Assembly (NCBI GenBank): GCA_017407205.1
Contig: JAFQXA010000034.1
Location: forward strand, 35,584 to 99,583
Direction of reading: 5' to 3'
DNA from: Clostridia bacterium
Lineage (GTDB): Bacteria > Bacillota > Clostridia > Christensenellales > CAG-138
Length of the DNA: 64,000 nt
Part shown: piece after piece, positions 28,657 through 37,598 of the stretch
Numbering within the stretch: position 1 is the first letter of the stretch
Layout: every line of letters starts with the position of its first letter
Position numbers and translations under genes: made by a program
Notes under the pieces: model-generated
Database searches by the model: none
The model's input: the letters and a program-made list of their open reading frames with translations, nothing else
What the model was told of the DNA's origin: nothing

Positions 28657-29899
28657 TAAAATAACGCTAAAAGAGTATTCAAACGAGAAGCGGCCTGTCA
28701 ATTTCAGGCCGGTGGTCTTTTTTACTCTCTTTTTCATTCTCGGCATTTCTATTTCCCGGAACTCTGTTTATTTTGCAGATATAACACTCCCTTTTCTGCT
28801 TTTCGCTTTAAGCTCTTTTGCTTTTGCCTTTGCCGTAATCTCCAAGCACAAGAAGCTTGCATGGTGTTTGTTCGGACTTGCCTTTGGCTTTGCACGTTTT
28901 ATCATAAACTTTTCTTTGGGTGATGTGCTCGATTTCTATCTTACATCAATATCAAATTTCTTTTTACCGCTTAAGGAAGCACTTGTTTCCCAAACATTTT
29001 CCCTCTTCCCCGAAAAAGCCGCAGGTACAATTTCTGCAATACTTTGGGGACATAAAGACTCTCTTTCACCGCTTGATATATCAGCTTTCAGAGGTGCAGG
29101 ACTTTCGCACATTCTTGCACTCTCCGGCTTGCATGTTTCACTTTTCGTCACGCTCTTTGACAAGTTGTTCCCACGCTATATGCGTAAAGAAAAGCTCGTT
29201 TTCTGTGTGATTTTTCTCATAATTTATTGTTCAATCGCAGCTTTTCCGCCATCTCTCATACGCGCCTCAATAATGATAACGATTTACCTTGTATCTTCTG
29301 CATACTTTGTGCATTATGACGGTTTGACCTCAATTGCACTTGCTGCTTTTATCATACTTTTCATATCCCCATCCGAAATAGAAAATCTAAGCTTTCAAAT
29401 GTCATTTTCAGCAATACTCGGAATTTCACTCGTATATAAGCCGATTCACATAAGGCTTAAAAAACTTATCCCGCGATATTTCGCTTCATCCATAGCTGTA
29501 ACAATATCCGCAACTCTCGGTGTATTGCCTGTCTCCCTCAACAACTTCGGTACATTTGCCACTTATTCCCTCATTGGTAACCTGATAGTTTTACCGTTTG
29601 TAACAATACTCGTATTTTCATCGTTTCCTTGTGTATTATTATCTTTTTTACTTCCTAAAGTCGCTTCCGCGCTCAGCATGGTTATCAGCTTTATATACGA
29701 TATAATCTTTAAGATTTCAGATTTCATTGCATCGCTTCCGTTTGCCAGCTTAGAAATGTCAATACCGCTGCCTGTTTCAGTCTGTCTCTTTGCAGCAATG
29801 TTCGTTGTCTCGCAATACTATCTGCGCCCACAAATTTTTAAGCTTATAGTTCTTACATTTATTTCAATACTTGCACTACTCTCTGTCTTGGTTATATAA
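28637..29899 (+). CDS. ComEC/Rec2-related membrane protein (competence-channel core only)
   Basis: 420 aa, polytopic. GAGLSHILALSGLHVS motif. TTG start overlaps the ridA end and is uncertain. I did not see a C-terminal metallo-beta-lactamase domain. Confidence 0.75.
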   Translation: MQQVITDKITLKEYSNEKRPVNFRPVVFFTLFFILGISISRNSVYFADITLPFLLFALSSFAFAFAVISKHKKLAWCLFGLAFGFARFIINFSLGDVLDFYLTSISNFFLPLKEALVSQTFSLFPEKAAGTISAILWGHKDSLSPLDISAFRGAGLSHILALSGLHVSLFVTLFDKLFPRYMRKEKLVFCVIFLIIYCSIAAFPPSLIRASIMITIYLVSSAYFVHYDGLTSIALAAFIILFISPSEIENLSFQMSFSAILGISLVYKPIHIRLKKLIPRYFASSIAVTISATLGVLPVSLNNFGTFATYSLIGNLIVLPFVTILVFSSFPCVLLSFLLPKVASALSMVISFIYDIIFKISDFIASLPFASLEMSIPLPVSVCLFAAMFVVSQYYLRPQIFKLIVLTFISILALLSVLVI

Positions 29900-29906
29900 T
29901 CAAGCT

Positions 29907-30896
29907 ATGCATTATAATGATTTTTTTATCGGGATCAAAAACAATACTTTAAGCGGTGCATATCTTTTGCACGGTGAAGAAGAGTTCATAAAAGACAGTG
30001 CATTAAAAAAGCTTCTGCTGACAGTTGACGAAACGGCATACGACCTTAATGTCAGCTTTTTTGACGAGCTTAATGCTTCAGCACTTATTTCATCTGCAGA
30101 GTCGCTTCCGTTCTTTGCGGAAAAGCGCATAATTGTTTGCAGACAGCTTCCCTCAGGCGGAGATGCTGAAACGCTTTTAAGCTACATTCCAAAGCTTCCC
30201 GAAACAACGCTGCTTATTTTCTTCATACGCAAAAAAGCGGACGAGAAGCTTTCATTTGTCAAGTATTTCAAGCAGCAAAACCGCATGGTCACATTTGATG
30301 CATTGTCAGAAACCGATGCTGTAAGATTTGTTGTTTCAACATCGAAAAAGCTTGAAGCTTTGATTACCCCCGTTGCCGCCAACAGAATGGTTGCACTCTG
30401 CGGAACAGATGCTTCCTACCTCAACAATGAGCTTACAAAAGCAGCTGACTATGTCGGCAAAGGCAACGAAATAACACTCGAATCTATTTCAAAATCCGTC
30501 ACCCCAAATATTGAATACCGTATTTTTGATATGCTCGATTACTTTTTCAACAACAAAATGGCGGATGGCCTTCGTGCGCTCAATATGCTTTTGTCAAACG
30601 GTGATACACCCATCGGCATTGCAGCGTTTATAGCAAGCCAGTTAAAGCGTATGCTGTCTGCCCGTGCGCTCATAGACAAGGGGCTTAACAAGGATAAAGT
30701 TGTTTCGTTGCTTGGTGGCTCACCCTATGCTGCCAAAAAATCACACGATGCCGCAAAGCACTATTCTTACGAAAGAATATCAGAAGCACTCATTGATTTT
30801 TCAGATATCTCGCACCTCAAAATAACCGGCGCAATGAACGATAAAGATGCTCTCATATTCTTCATCGTAAAAAACTTCACTTCAAAGAAAGCATAA
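29907..30896 (+). CDS. holA: DNA polymerase III delta subunit
   Basis: The track starts at 29871, inside comEC. I prefer ATG 29907 (MHYNDFF...YLLHGEEEFIKD). comEC-holA synteny is typical of Firmicutes. Confidence 0.85.
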   Translation: MHYNDFFIGIKNNTLSGAYLLHGEEEFIKDSALKKLLLTVDETAYDLNVSFFDELNASALISSAESLPFFAEKRIIVCRQLPSGGDAETLLSYIPKLPETTLLIFFIRKKADEKLSFVKYFKQQNRMVTFDALSETDAVRFVVSTSKKLEALITPVAANRMVALCGTDASYLNNELTKAADYVGKGNEITLESISKSVTPNIEYRIFDMLDYFFNNKMADGLRALNMLLSNGDTPIGIAAFIASQLKRMLSARALIDKGLNKDKVVSLLGGSPYAAKKSHDAAKHYSYERISEALIDFSDISHLKITGAMNDKDALIFFIVKNFTSKKA

Positions 30897-30930
30897 AAAA
30901 AGCTGTCCTCGCGGACAGCTTTTTATTTTC
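30895..30930. terminator. bidirectional terminator (holA / end of the 7-gene operon)
   Basis: AAAAGCTGTCC-tcgc-GGACAGCTTTT, flanked by an A-run and a T-run. Confidence 0.8.
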
Positions 30931-30933
30931 CAA

Positions 30934-32001
30934 TTATCTTTTAACAACATTATGATATTGATAAAATCGACGTGCTCTCGGATTTGCCAAAATCGGTTCG
31001 AACGGCTGAACACCTGCCATGTCTGTATTTGCATTACCTTCAAGCAATATAAACTCTCCGTTTTCTTGAACGACAACATCCCAGGCAATATATTTTATGT
31101 ATTTCACTTTATTGTGCACGGATAAAATTTTTGCCTTGATTTCATCAAAATGAGAAACCCTCTCTCCCTCAATCGGCATATTGGTATCGGGATGATGAGT
31201 AATCCATGTGAGTTTTCTGTCACGTACAAGATATACAGGGGACATTACACCTGTATCCACATCTATTCGTGCAAGGCATGAGCCTTTGCCAACGTTATCC
31301 ACAGGAACGGATCTTTCAGAACCAAAGCGATGGAAACAAGCGGCAAGAAACGCGTCCTGCGTGTCCGGATCTATCATAGTAATAAATTTTACAGTGTTTG
31401 CAGTCCGCGGGAAAATTTTCTTTGAATATTCGGCCTGTTCCACCGTTTCGCTGATCATGTAATTATTCAGCTTGCTCAGCTTTTTATTTAAATCGGCTTC
31501 GGAAATTTCCTTTTCATTGAGATAGTAGCTGCCATTATATTTGCCTACTTTGAAAATACCTTCACCGCTGCCTGCATCAAACTTTTTAATCATGTATGAA
31601 GAATTATCTTTCAAATGCCTATCTAAAAAATCAATAGGATTTTGAGGTGTACGCTCTCCCCCTGCCTCCAGCGGAACTACCTTGCCACGCATGAAATATC
31701 CCGGAGTCTCTGCCATTTTCACAAATGCTCGCATATAATCCGTGAATACTAATTTATTGTTAAGCAGCTCGGTATATCCGGCATTGATTTTTATGGCTTT
31801 TGTATACATTTCCCAATCCGTAAGGAAATCCTTGCGGTCATACTTTTTGAAATCGTAAAAAACAGCCTGATCCGGCATAAAGCCATGGAAAAGCACAGAC
31901 ATTTTTTGCCTGAATGTTACATCAAACTTGCCGCTTCCGGGCTGAAGCCATTTCTTAAGATATCGAACAAGTCCAGCAAAAAACAACAGTTTTTTCTTCA
32001 T
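30934..32001 (-). CDS. ATP-grasp ligase, sugar-transfer-associated type (ATPgrasp_ST-like)
   Basis: 355 aa. N-terminal LFHGFMPDQAVFYDFKKY...LNNKLVFTDYM and C-terminal FILLEGNANTD (E-x-N Mg site). Family assignment is from memory of the family pattern. Confidence 0.6.
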   Translation of the reverse strand: MKKKLLFFAGLVRYLKKWLQPGSGKFDVTFRQKMSVLFHGFMPDQAVFYDFKKYDRKDFLTDWEMYTKAIKINAGYTELLNNKLVFTDYMRAFVKMAETPGYFMRGKVVPLEAGGERTPQNPIDFLDRHLKDNSSYMIKKFDAGSGEGIFKVGKYNGSYYLNEKEISEADLNKKLSKLNNYMISETVEQAEYSKKIFPRTANTVKFITMIDPDTQDAFLAACFHRFGSERSVPVDNVGKGSCLARIDVDTGVMSPVYLVRDRKLTWITHHPDTNMPIEGERVSHFDEIKAKILSVHNKVKYIKYIAWDVVVQENGEFILLEGNANTDMAGVQPFEPILANPRARRFYQYHNVVKR

Positions 32002-32038
32002 AAGCTACACTCCTTATCTTTTTATACATTCTCCCAAA

Positions 32039-33133
32039 TCATTTATATGTTTTCTTGCGGTTAACACCCACGGAACGGAAAATCAATCGTTTAAACTTTC
32101 TTACGCCATATACAGTCAACATACACAATTTGCTCGCCACCGCGTATATCGGTTTCGGCAGGGCATACAATTTTGACAACAGTTCAAAGCGTATTTTTGC
32201 ACCATGTAATTCCTTTCCCGTAAGCTCATATGTCACGGGAGTATATTTTTTCTGTTGTGCAAATGCAACTTCAACGACACTTCGTGTATCTGTGTCAAAG
32301 ACAACAATCATGGTACGTCTGTTGATTTTCTGCCATGTTTTGTGAGTCAAGCACGATACTTTCATCAGCATATCTGTTTCGGCATACTTATCTCCAACAT
32401 GTGGATAACAAAGTTCTTGATGTTCATTCAAAAAGAAATTAGGGAACATAAGATTTCCCAGCGAAATATATGCTTCTTTACCGTTGTGACAAACTTTTCC
32501 CAGCGGAATATGAGGATGATGGCCGATTATCAAAACACATTTTGGATGCTCGAGTATTTTTTTTGCCCAACTTATAATTTCTTCGGGGGGAAGCGCAACA
32601 TATTCTGCCGCCCAATGAATAGAGACAATCGCATCATTATCACCCAAATTATCCAAATCTGAAATTACTTTTTCCAGCGAAAACCCATTTACACCCGGCT
32701 TATTATCTTCTGCACAAGAGACATTCCTTAAATAATGTGTGCCGTACTGACAATATGCTAACATTACTAAATTATCAGTAATTTCAATACAGCGCCCGGC
32801 TTCTTGCTGATTACTGCCTGCACCAACAAAAGGTATTCCCCACTCATTTAAGCAACTGAGCGTATCCAAGATGCCGTCATCACCGCAATCATGAATATGA
32901 TTGTTAGCCAATGTTACATAATCTGCATTCAATGACTGTATACGTTCTCTGCAATCGGGTGTTGCATATATGGTAGTTTTACCGCTTATCGGCAACTTTT
33001 TGCTTATGCATTGTTCGAGATTAATAATTCGCTTATCAGCATTGGAATATTGCGAAATCCTTATATGCTCTAATGATTCGCTCGACAGTGCATCTCCGAC
33101 AATAGCACAATCACCACCAAAAGCTATCTTCAT
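32039..33133 (-). CDS. CapA/PGA_cap family metallophosphatase-like protein
   Basis: 364 aa. VTLANNHIHDCG, SIHWAAEY, IIGHHPH motifs. No signal peptide or TM seen. ATGA overlap with the upstream gene. Confidence 0.75.
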   Translation of the reverse strand: MKIAFGGDCAIVGDALSSESLEHIRISQYSNADKRIINLEQCISKKLPISGKTTIYATPDCRERIQSLNADYVTLANNHIHDCGDDGILDTLSCLNEWGIPFVGAGSNQQEAGRCIEITDNLVMLAYCQYGTHYLRNVSCAEDNKPGVNGFSLEKVISDLDNLGDNDAIVSIHWAAEYVALPPEEIISWAKKILEHPKCVLIIGHHPHIPLGKVCHNGKEAYISLGNLMFPNFFLNEHQELCYPHVGDKYAETDMLMKVSCLTHKTWQKINRRTMIVVFDTDTRSVVEVAFAQQKKYTPVTYELTGKELHGAKIRFELLSKLYALPKPIYAVASKLCMLTVYGVRKFKRLIFRSVGVNRKKTYK

Positions 33134-34368
33134 TCTGCCTCTTCCTCCATAGCTACTATCTTTGCTTTTTTCTTATAAAACAGAACACCGCAGACAACAG
33201 CACAGACAACGCAAAATACATTTGAAATTATGTTAGCATACGAATATCCTAAAAGACCCTGAGTTTTTGTCAGATACAATGTACTTGAAATATAGACAAC
33301 AAAACACAAGCCACGAATAATTATCTGATGAGTAATTGTTGTTTCTGCCAACAAAAACATAAGCAAAAGACCGCTTGCAAAACCGATAACCGAACCTATA
33401 TTTATCGGAAGATTTAAAAGATGAACGCTTTCAGCTAAATTAGGATACAGAATATTTACCACGATAGGTGTTGCAACACAGCAAAGTGCAACCAAAACCG
33501 CACCAACGGGAATGCTCCATAAAAGCATCTTTTTAAACGCTGATAAATTTATGGTAGATGTCTTTCTGTCAGCCAGGTAGCTGAGAAGCAATGTGGACAA
33601 CGGGTGCAATACCATGTTCATAATCTTACCTACCATGGACACCGCATAATATTCCGATACTGCAACAGAGCCCAAAATCGGCTGGATCAATACACGGTCA
33701 AGATAGGCAGTTGAAGAAAGCAAGTAAGAAACAATCAAAATCGTTGTAGGTAACCATAATTTTTTGAGCTCCGTAGTTGGTCTTTGCAAGTGCAAAACAG
33801 AGCCTTTCATCACAACAAACAAAACAGCAGCTATTTCACCGGTTGCAAAAATAACTAACCAATTTTTCACGAGCAGGAACAATCCAAGTCCGGCAATGTA
33901 TCCTGCACTTAAAATTAAGAAGTATATCAAATATCCTTTAAACCAAAGGCTTAAACGGAATTCTACCTGAGCGTAATATCTCAATAAGCATATCACCATG
34001 AATATGCCGATTTCCAACGCAAACAGAAGGTCATTTGTCTTTAAATAAGCGTCACCTGCTCCTATCGCAAAAACGACCAACGAATAAGCGCCAAGCAAAG
34101 TCAGGAAATCACCATTGTTTATGGTTTCATTATGCTTATATAAAATTCTCTGATGTCCGAGCACCGTTCCGAACATTTGCGGAAATACATAAGAAATACC
34201 CAAATAATACAGCACATCACCCAAGTATGCTGCACCATGCGTAGCATTAATATAAGGTTGAATGAAAATCTGCTGTACGATATTAAGTATGATTACAGCC
34301 GAAATCGTATACAAAAAATCTTTTGAGAATTTACCTAAAAGGGATTTCTTGATATTAATGACAAACAC
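33130..34368 (-). CDS. polytopic membrane protein, Wzx/MOP-flippase-like
   Basis: 412 aa and hydrophobic throughout (about 12 predicted helices by eye). The start is a GTG abutting its own AAGAAGG, so the true start is uncertain. Confidence 0.55.
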   Translation of the reverse strand: MFVINIKKSLLGKFSKDFLYTISAVIILNIVQQIFIQPYINATHGAAYLGDVLYYLGISYVFPQMFGTVLGHQRILYKHNETINNGDFLTLLGAYSLVVFAIGAGDAYLKTNDLLFALEIGIFMVICLLRYYAQVEFRLSLWFKGYLIYFLILSAGYIAGLGLFLLVKNWLVIFATGEIAAVLFVVMKGSVLHLQRPTTELKKLWLPTTILIVSYLLSSTAYLDRVLIQPILGSVAVSEYYAVSMVGKIMNMVLHPLSTLLLSYLADRKTSTINLSAFKKMLLWSIPVGAVLVALCCVATPIVVNILYPNLAESVHLLNLPINIGSVIGFASGLLLMFLLAETTITHQIIIRGLCFVVYISSTLYLTKTQGLLGYSYANIISNVFCVVCAVVCGVLFYKKKAKIVAMEEEAE

Positions 34369-34393
34369 CTTCTTTTATCTTTTGTAAATATGC

Positions 34394-35662
34394 TTAAAAC
34401 ATCATTTTTTCAATTTCATCAAAAGCCGCCTCATTGCCGGGATACTTTTCACGCAAAATTTCAAGTTCGTAATAACCCGGCTTTGTGTCTTGCGGTACAG
34501 CATACGAGAATACTGTATTCCCCTGATGCTCCCTTATAAAGCCCAAGGCTTTTTCCATGGCTTTTTCACTACTTTCCGACTCGTTCATGCACTTGTTTAT
34601 CAACGCAGTCAAATTTACTCTGTAAAGTGCATCACCCTTGGGGCTTATTGTTCCACTATATGGCTCTAATTCGCCCATAGCATCACGATAAAGCATCGTC
34701 AAATAGTTAAATCCTGCAGCTGCCTGAAAATAGTTTGAAAGCCAAGGTCTCAAATTAGCTTCAATTACAACCCATTTGTTATGCTTCTTGCTATACATTG
34801 TTTCAACACCTAAAAAGCCATGCCAATTTAAAGCTTTTATTGTGCATATTGCAAGAGAAGCAATGTCTTCTTCAAAATATGTCTTGCTGACAACACCCGT
34901 ACCGTACTTGGGTGGATATTCCATTATTTTATGCTGCGCACTAATCATGCGAATATTGCCTTGACCGTCCGCATATAAATAGCACGATACTTCCTGTTCA
35001 AGACGATCAAATTCTATCTTTTCTTGAACTACCACTTCAAAACCTGACTCAATCTCCTCGTTTAGAAGCTTTCTCATCTGTGTTCCATCTTGACATTCAA
35101 CTGCTTTTCTTCCATCATGCATCCTTGCGAATGCATTATCGATAGTCTTTAATGACGGTTTGTAAACGCAAGGATAAACCATATTTTCCACAGCAAAATC
35201 AATATCTTCTTTACTATTAACTGCATATGTCAACGGGATTGAAACATCATGCTCCTGCATCGTTTTATAAAATGTATCTTTCCTAAGCTCTTTCCAGCAA
35301 GTCTTATTAAAATCACTGGCACCGGGTTGCAAAAAATATTCTTCCAATACATCATAATGGTTATTTACGAAAACCAACGCTGTATCGCTCGTGGAAATAA
35401 GCAACAACTTTCTTCCGTATTGTTTAAAGAGCTTCTTTCCGAGTTCCTCCATCTGCTTTGCTGCCATTTCTTCATCGGCAGCAGGATTTGCAATACAAAC
35501 AGGCTCGTTGAAAAACCTTGATTTTTCGCTAATCCAAGCGGAAGCCCCTTCCCATGTGAAAACAACAGGAATAACAGGAATATCCTCTTTCGCAAAGCAA
35601 CGCATAACATCTAAAAAGCAGTTATCACTTGCACGCAATACAACCACAGGTATTTTGCTCAT
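34394..35662 (-). CDS. ATP-grasp carboxylate-amine ligase
   Basis: 422 aa. Pre-ATP-grasp N domain, YPCVYKPS, VVQEKIEF, WVVIEANLRPW (E-x-N). Confidence 0.7.
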   Translation of the reverse strand: MSKIPVVVLRASDNCFLDVMRCFAKEDIPVIPVVFTWEGASAWISEKSRFFNEPVCIANPAADEEMAAKQMEELGKKLFKQYGRKLLLISTSDTALVFVNNHYDVLEEYFLQPGASDFNKTCWKELRKDTFYKTMQEHDVSIPLTYAVNSKEDIDFAVENMVYPCVYKPSLKTIDNAFARMHDGRKAVECQDGTQMRKLLNEEIESGFEVVVQEKIEFDRLEQEVSCYLYADGQGNIRMISAQHKIMEYPPKYGTGVVSKTYFEEDIASLAICTIKALNWHGFLGVETMYSKKHNKWVVIEANLRPWLSNYFQAAAGFNYLTMLYRDAMGELEPYSGTISPKGDALYRVNLTALINKCMNESESSEKAMEKALGFIREHQGNTVFSYAVPQDTKPGYYELEILREKYPGNEAAFDEIEKMMF

Positions 35663-35704
35663 ACTACACCCCCGAAACAGCTAAGATACAATCTTGCATA
35701 TTAT

Positions 35705-37564
35705 TTATCTTAAATTAAATTGCCCATTATGGCTTAACAATCTTTCTTCCTCACTCTGCGCAAATGCTGTTTCCCAGTTATTATAACTGTCAATTGCACC
35801 AAACTTGCCTGCATGAGTAATAATATCACCGTTACGATACTTCTCACTCATAATTCCCGGTGCTGTCATAATGCGTTTATTCATAGCTGACTTAAGAGCA
35901 CAAGGATCTGACAAGCAAGGTATTATATCGCTCGAAATTTGTATTTTTTGTTCTGTAAAGTATTTTGATTCTCTTGCTATATGCTCCAAAATACAAGAAG
36001 CTTCTTTTATCAAATGATTTTTCCGTTCCTCCACGAAAGGATGCTGTGCAGCTCTGCGTATATCTTCATGGTTTTCACGGAACAATCTGACTGCGCGTCT
36101 CAAGAGTTTTGAGCTTTCAATAACATCATCAGCAGTAGCAGCATGATCTGCTTCACAATAGCTAACCAAATGTATAATGCTCGGCGATAACAACATTTGA
36201 AGCAAAGTAGTTCTTGCCAACTGATATTTTGCATAATCCTGGTCTACCGAAAAATGCTCAATTCCTGCACGGGTTTCCAAATAAATATTGTGCTGTGTTG
36301 CTGTAGGCTTAAGTTTTCGGATAATCTCCCGTGCTGCATAAAATTTAGCCAAATCTGCATAATCACCCATTTCAACAGGCTTATTAAACTGGCATTGGAA
36401 GATCATATGTTGTGATAAAGCTGCATACATTACGCTTGCAATCAATCCATAATCTGCTACAAAAACAGCATCATGTGCCAAACGGGATGACCATTGATTC
36501 GGATCATTCATCTCTGTGGGAATACCCTGCTTTACAAGATATTTTACAGCCCCAATATGCTCATCAATGGCTTTATCAACACTCATCGGACCACGGCCGT
36601 CAAGCTCGCTGAACCAAAACAAAGGAACAGCTTGATGTGCACCACGCAACATACCAACCTCAAGGCATGTATCAATAAAAGGAATAATATCCTTTACATG
36701 ACAATACGGCTTCACTGACGGGAAATTACCTATCCGCGAAGCTGAAAACAGCTCTTCTAAATCGGATTTTGTCTTGTACGGAACTCCACCATCGTTTTTC
36801 ACACCATAAAACGCATTAGCATCACCGAAAAATCGCTGTGATAAATCCGACGAGCCCAACGAAATTTCATCCACAGCACCTGCTGACGCAATGCGTATAA
36901 TCCCTTCAACCGTAGGTGCTATTGAATCATCCGGGATGCCAAAATGTGTGCGAATCATCGGAATATCGGATTCTGCCATGCGAGTCGGAAAATGTAAAAG
37001 CGCTTTATCCGATGGTCTTTTTAAAGGCTGCTCATCTAAATACAAATCGCCTCTTACTACTTCTTTTGCTATTTCATCAAGCAGTTCAATTCTTTCAGGG
37101 CTCGCTTCCTCACGGAACACATCCAATATTTTCTGTGCTTCTGAATGATTTTCACCGCCAAAAAACTTGATTGTTCCAATCGTTGTTTCATAAATATCTT
37201 TTGACTGCATCTGTAAATTCAGATTGTATTTAGCATCAAATCCTAACTGATGAACTGCAGCAAGCGTTTCAGGTAATGCCGCAAAGCAAATAGAGCTCTT
37301 TTCAAAAATGAAAGATGCTCCTTGTTCCAAGGCTTGCAAAAACTTCGTTAATTCGCCAATCGCCTGCTCTGCGCTTAAACGATAGCTTAAGCCCAAGAAG
37401 GTCGGACATACCTGCTTTATTATTTCTATTTTCTTTTCCAAAGCGGTATCCGGAGGAACTACTTGTGTCTGAACTCCAAGCATTTTTGCAATTCGTGCAG
37501 CTCTATAAATACCGACAGTATGTGGGTCACCACCCAATGTCATCCCCAAAAAAATACGTTCCAT
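35705..37564 (-). CDS. B12-binding-domain protein fused to a large glutamate-mutase-E-like(?) domain
   Basis: The track starts at 37591. I prefer ATG at 37564 (MERIFLGMTLGGDPHTVG) behind GGAGGA. GDPHTVG fits the DxHxxG cobalamin motif and LGLSYRLS fits SxL. The C-terminal ~480 aa shows only faint similarity by eye to GlmE/MutE (NFPSVK vs GFPGVN). Confidence 0.5.
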   Translation of the reverse strand: MERIFLGMTLGGDPHTVGIYRAARIAKMLGVQTQVVPPDTALEKKIEIIKQVCPTFLGLSYRLSAEQAIGELTKFLQALEQGASFIFEKSSICFAALPETLAAVHQLGFDAKYNLNLQMQSKDIYETTIGTIKFFGGENHSEAQKILDVFREEASPERIELLDEIAKEVVRGDLYLDEQPLKRPSDKALLHFPTRMAESDIPMIRTHFGIPDDSIAPTVEGIIRIASAGAVDEISLGSSDLSQRFFGDANAFYGVKNDGGVPYKTKSDLEELFSASRIGNFPSVKPYCHVKDIIPFIDTCLEVGMLRGAHQAVPLFWFSELDGRGPMSVDKAIDEHIGAVKYLVKQGIPTEMNDPNQWSSRLAHDAVFVADYGLIASVMYAALSQHMIFQCQFNKPVEMGDYADLAKFYAAREIIRKLKPTATQHNIYLETRAGIEHFSVDQDYAKYQLARTTLLQMLLSPSIIHLVSYCEADHAATADDVIESSKLLRRAVRLFRENHEDIRRAAQHPFVEERKNHLIKEASCILEHIARESKYFTEQKIQISSDIIPCLSDPCALKSAMNKRIMTAPGIMSEKYRNGDIITHAGKFGAIDSYNNWETAFAQSEEERLLSHNGQFNLR

Positions 37565-37598
37565 TCTCAATCCTCCGTTAAATATCGCCATATAAGCG

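Noticed and set aside
32039-33133. Interpreting the CapA-like gene as part of a standard poly-gamma-glutamate (pgsBCA/capBCA) locus
   Set aside because: No PgsB (Mur-ligase-like) or PgsC gene is adjacent. The neighbours are ATP-grasp enzymes and a 12-TM protein, so the canonical assignment does not hold.
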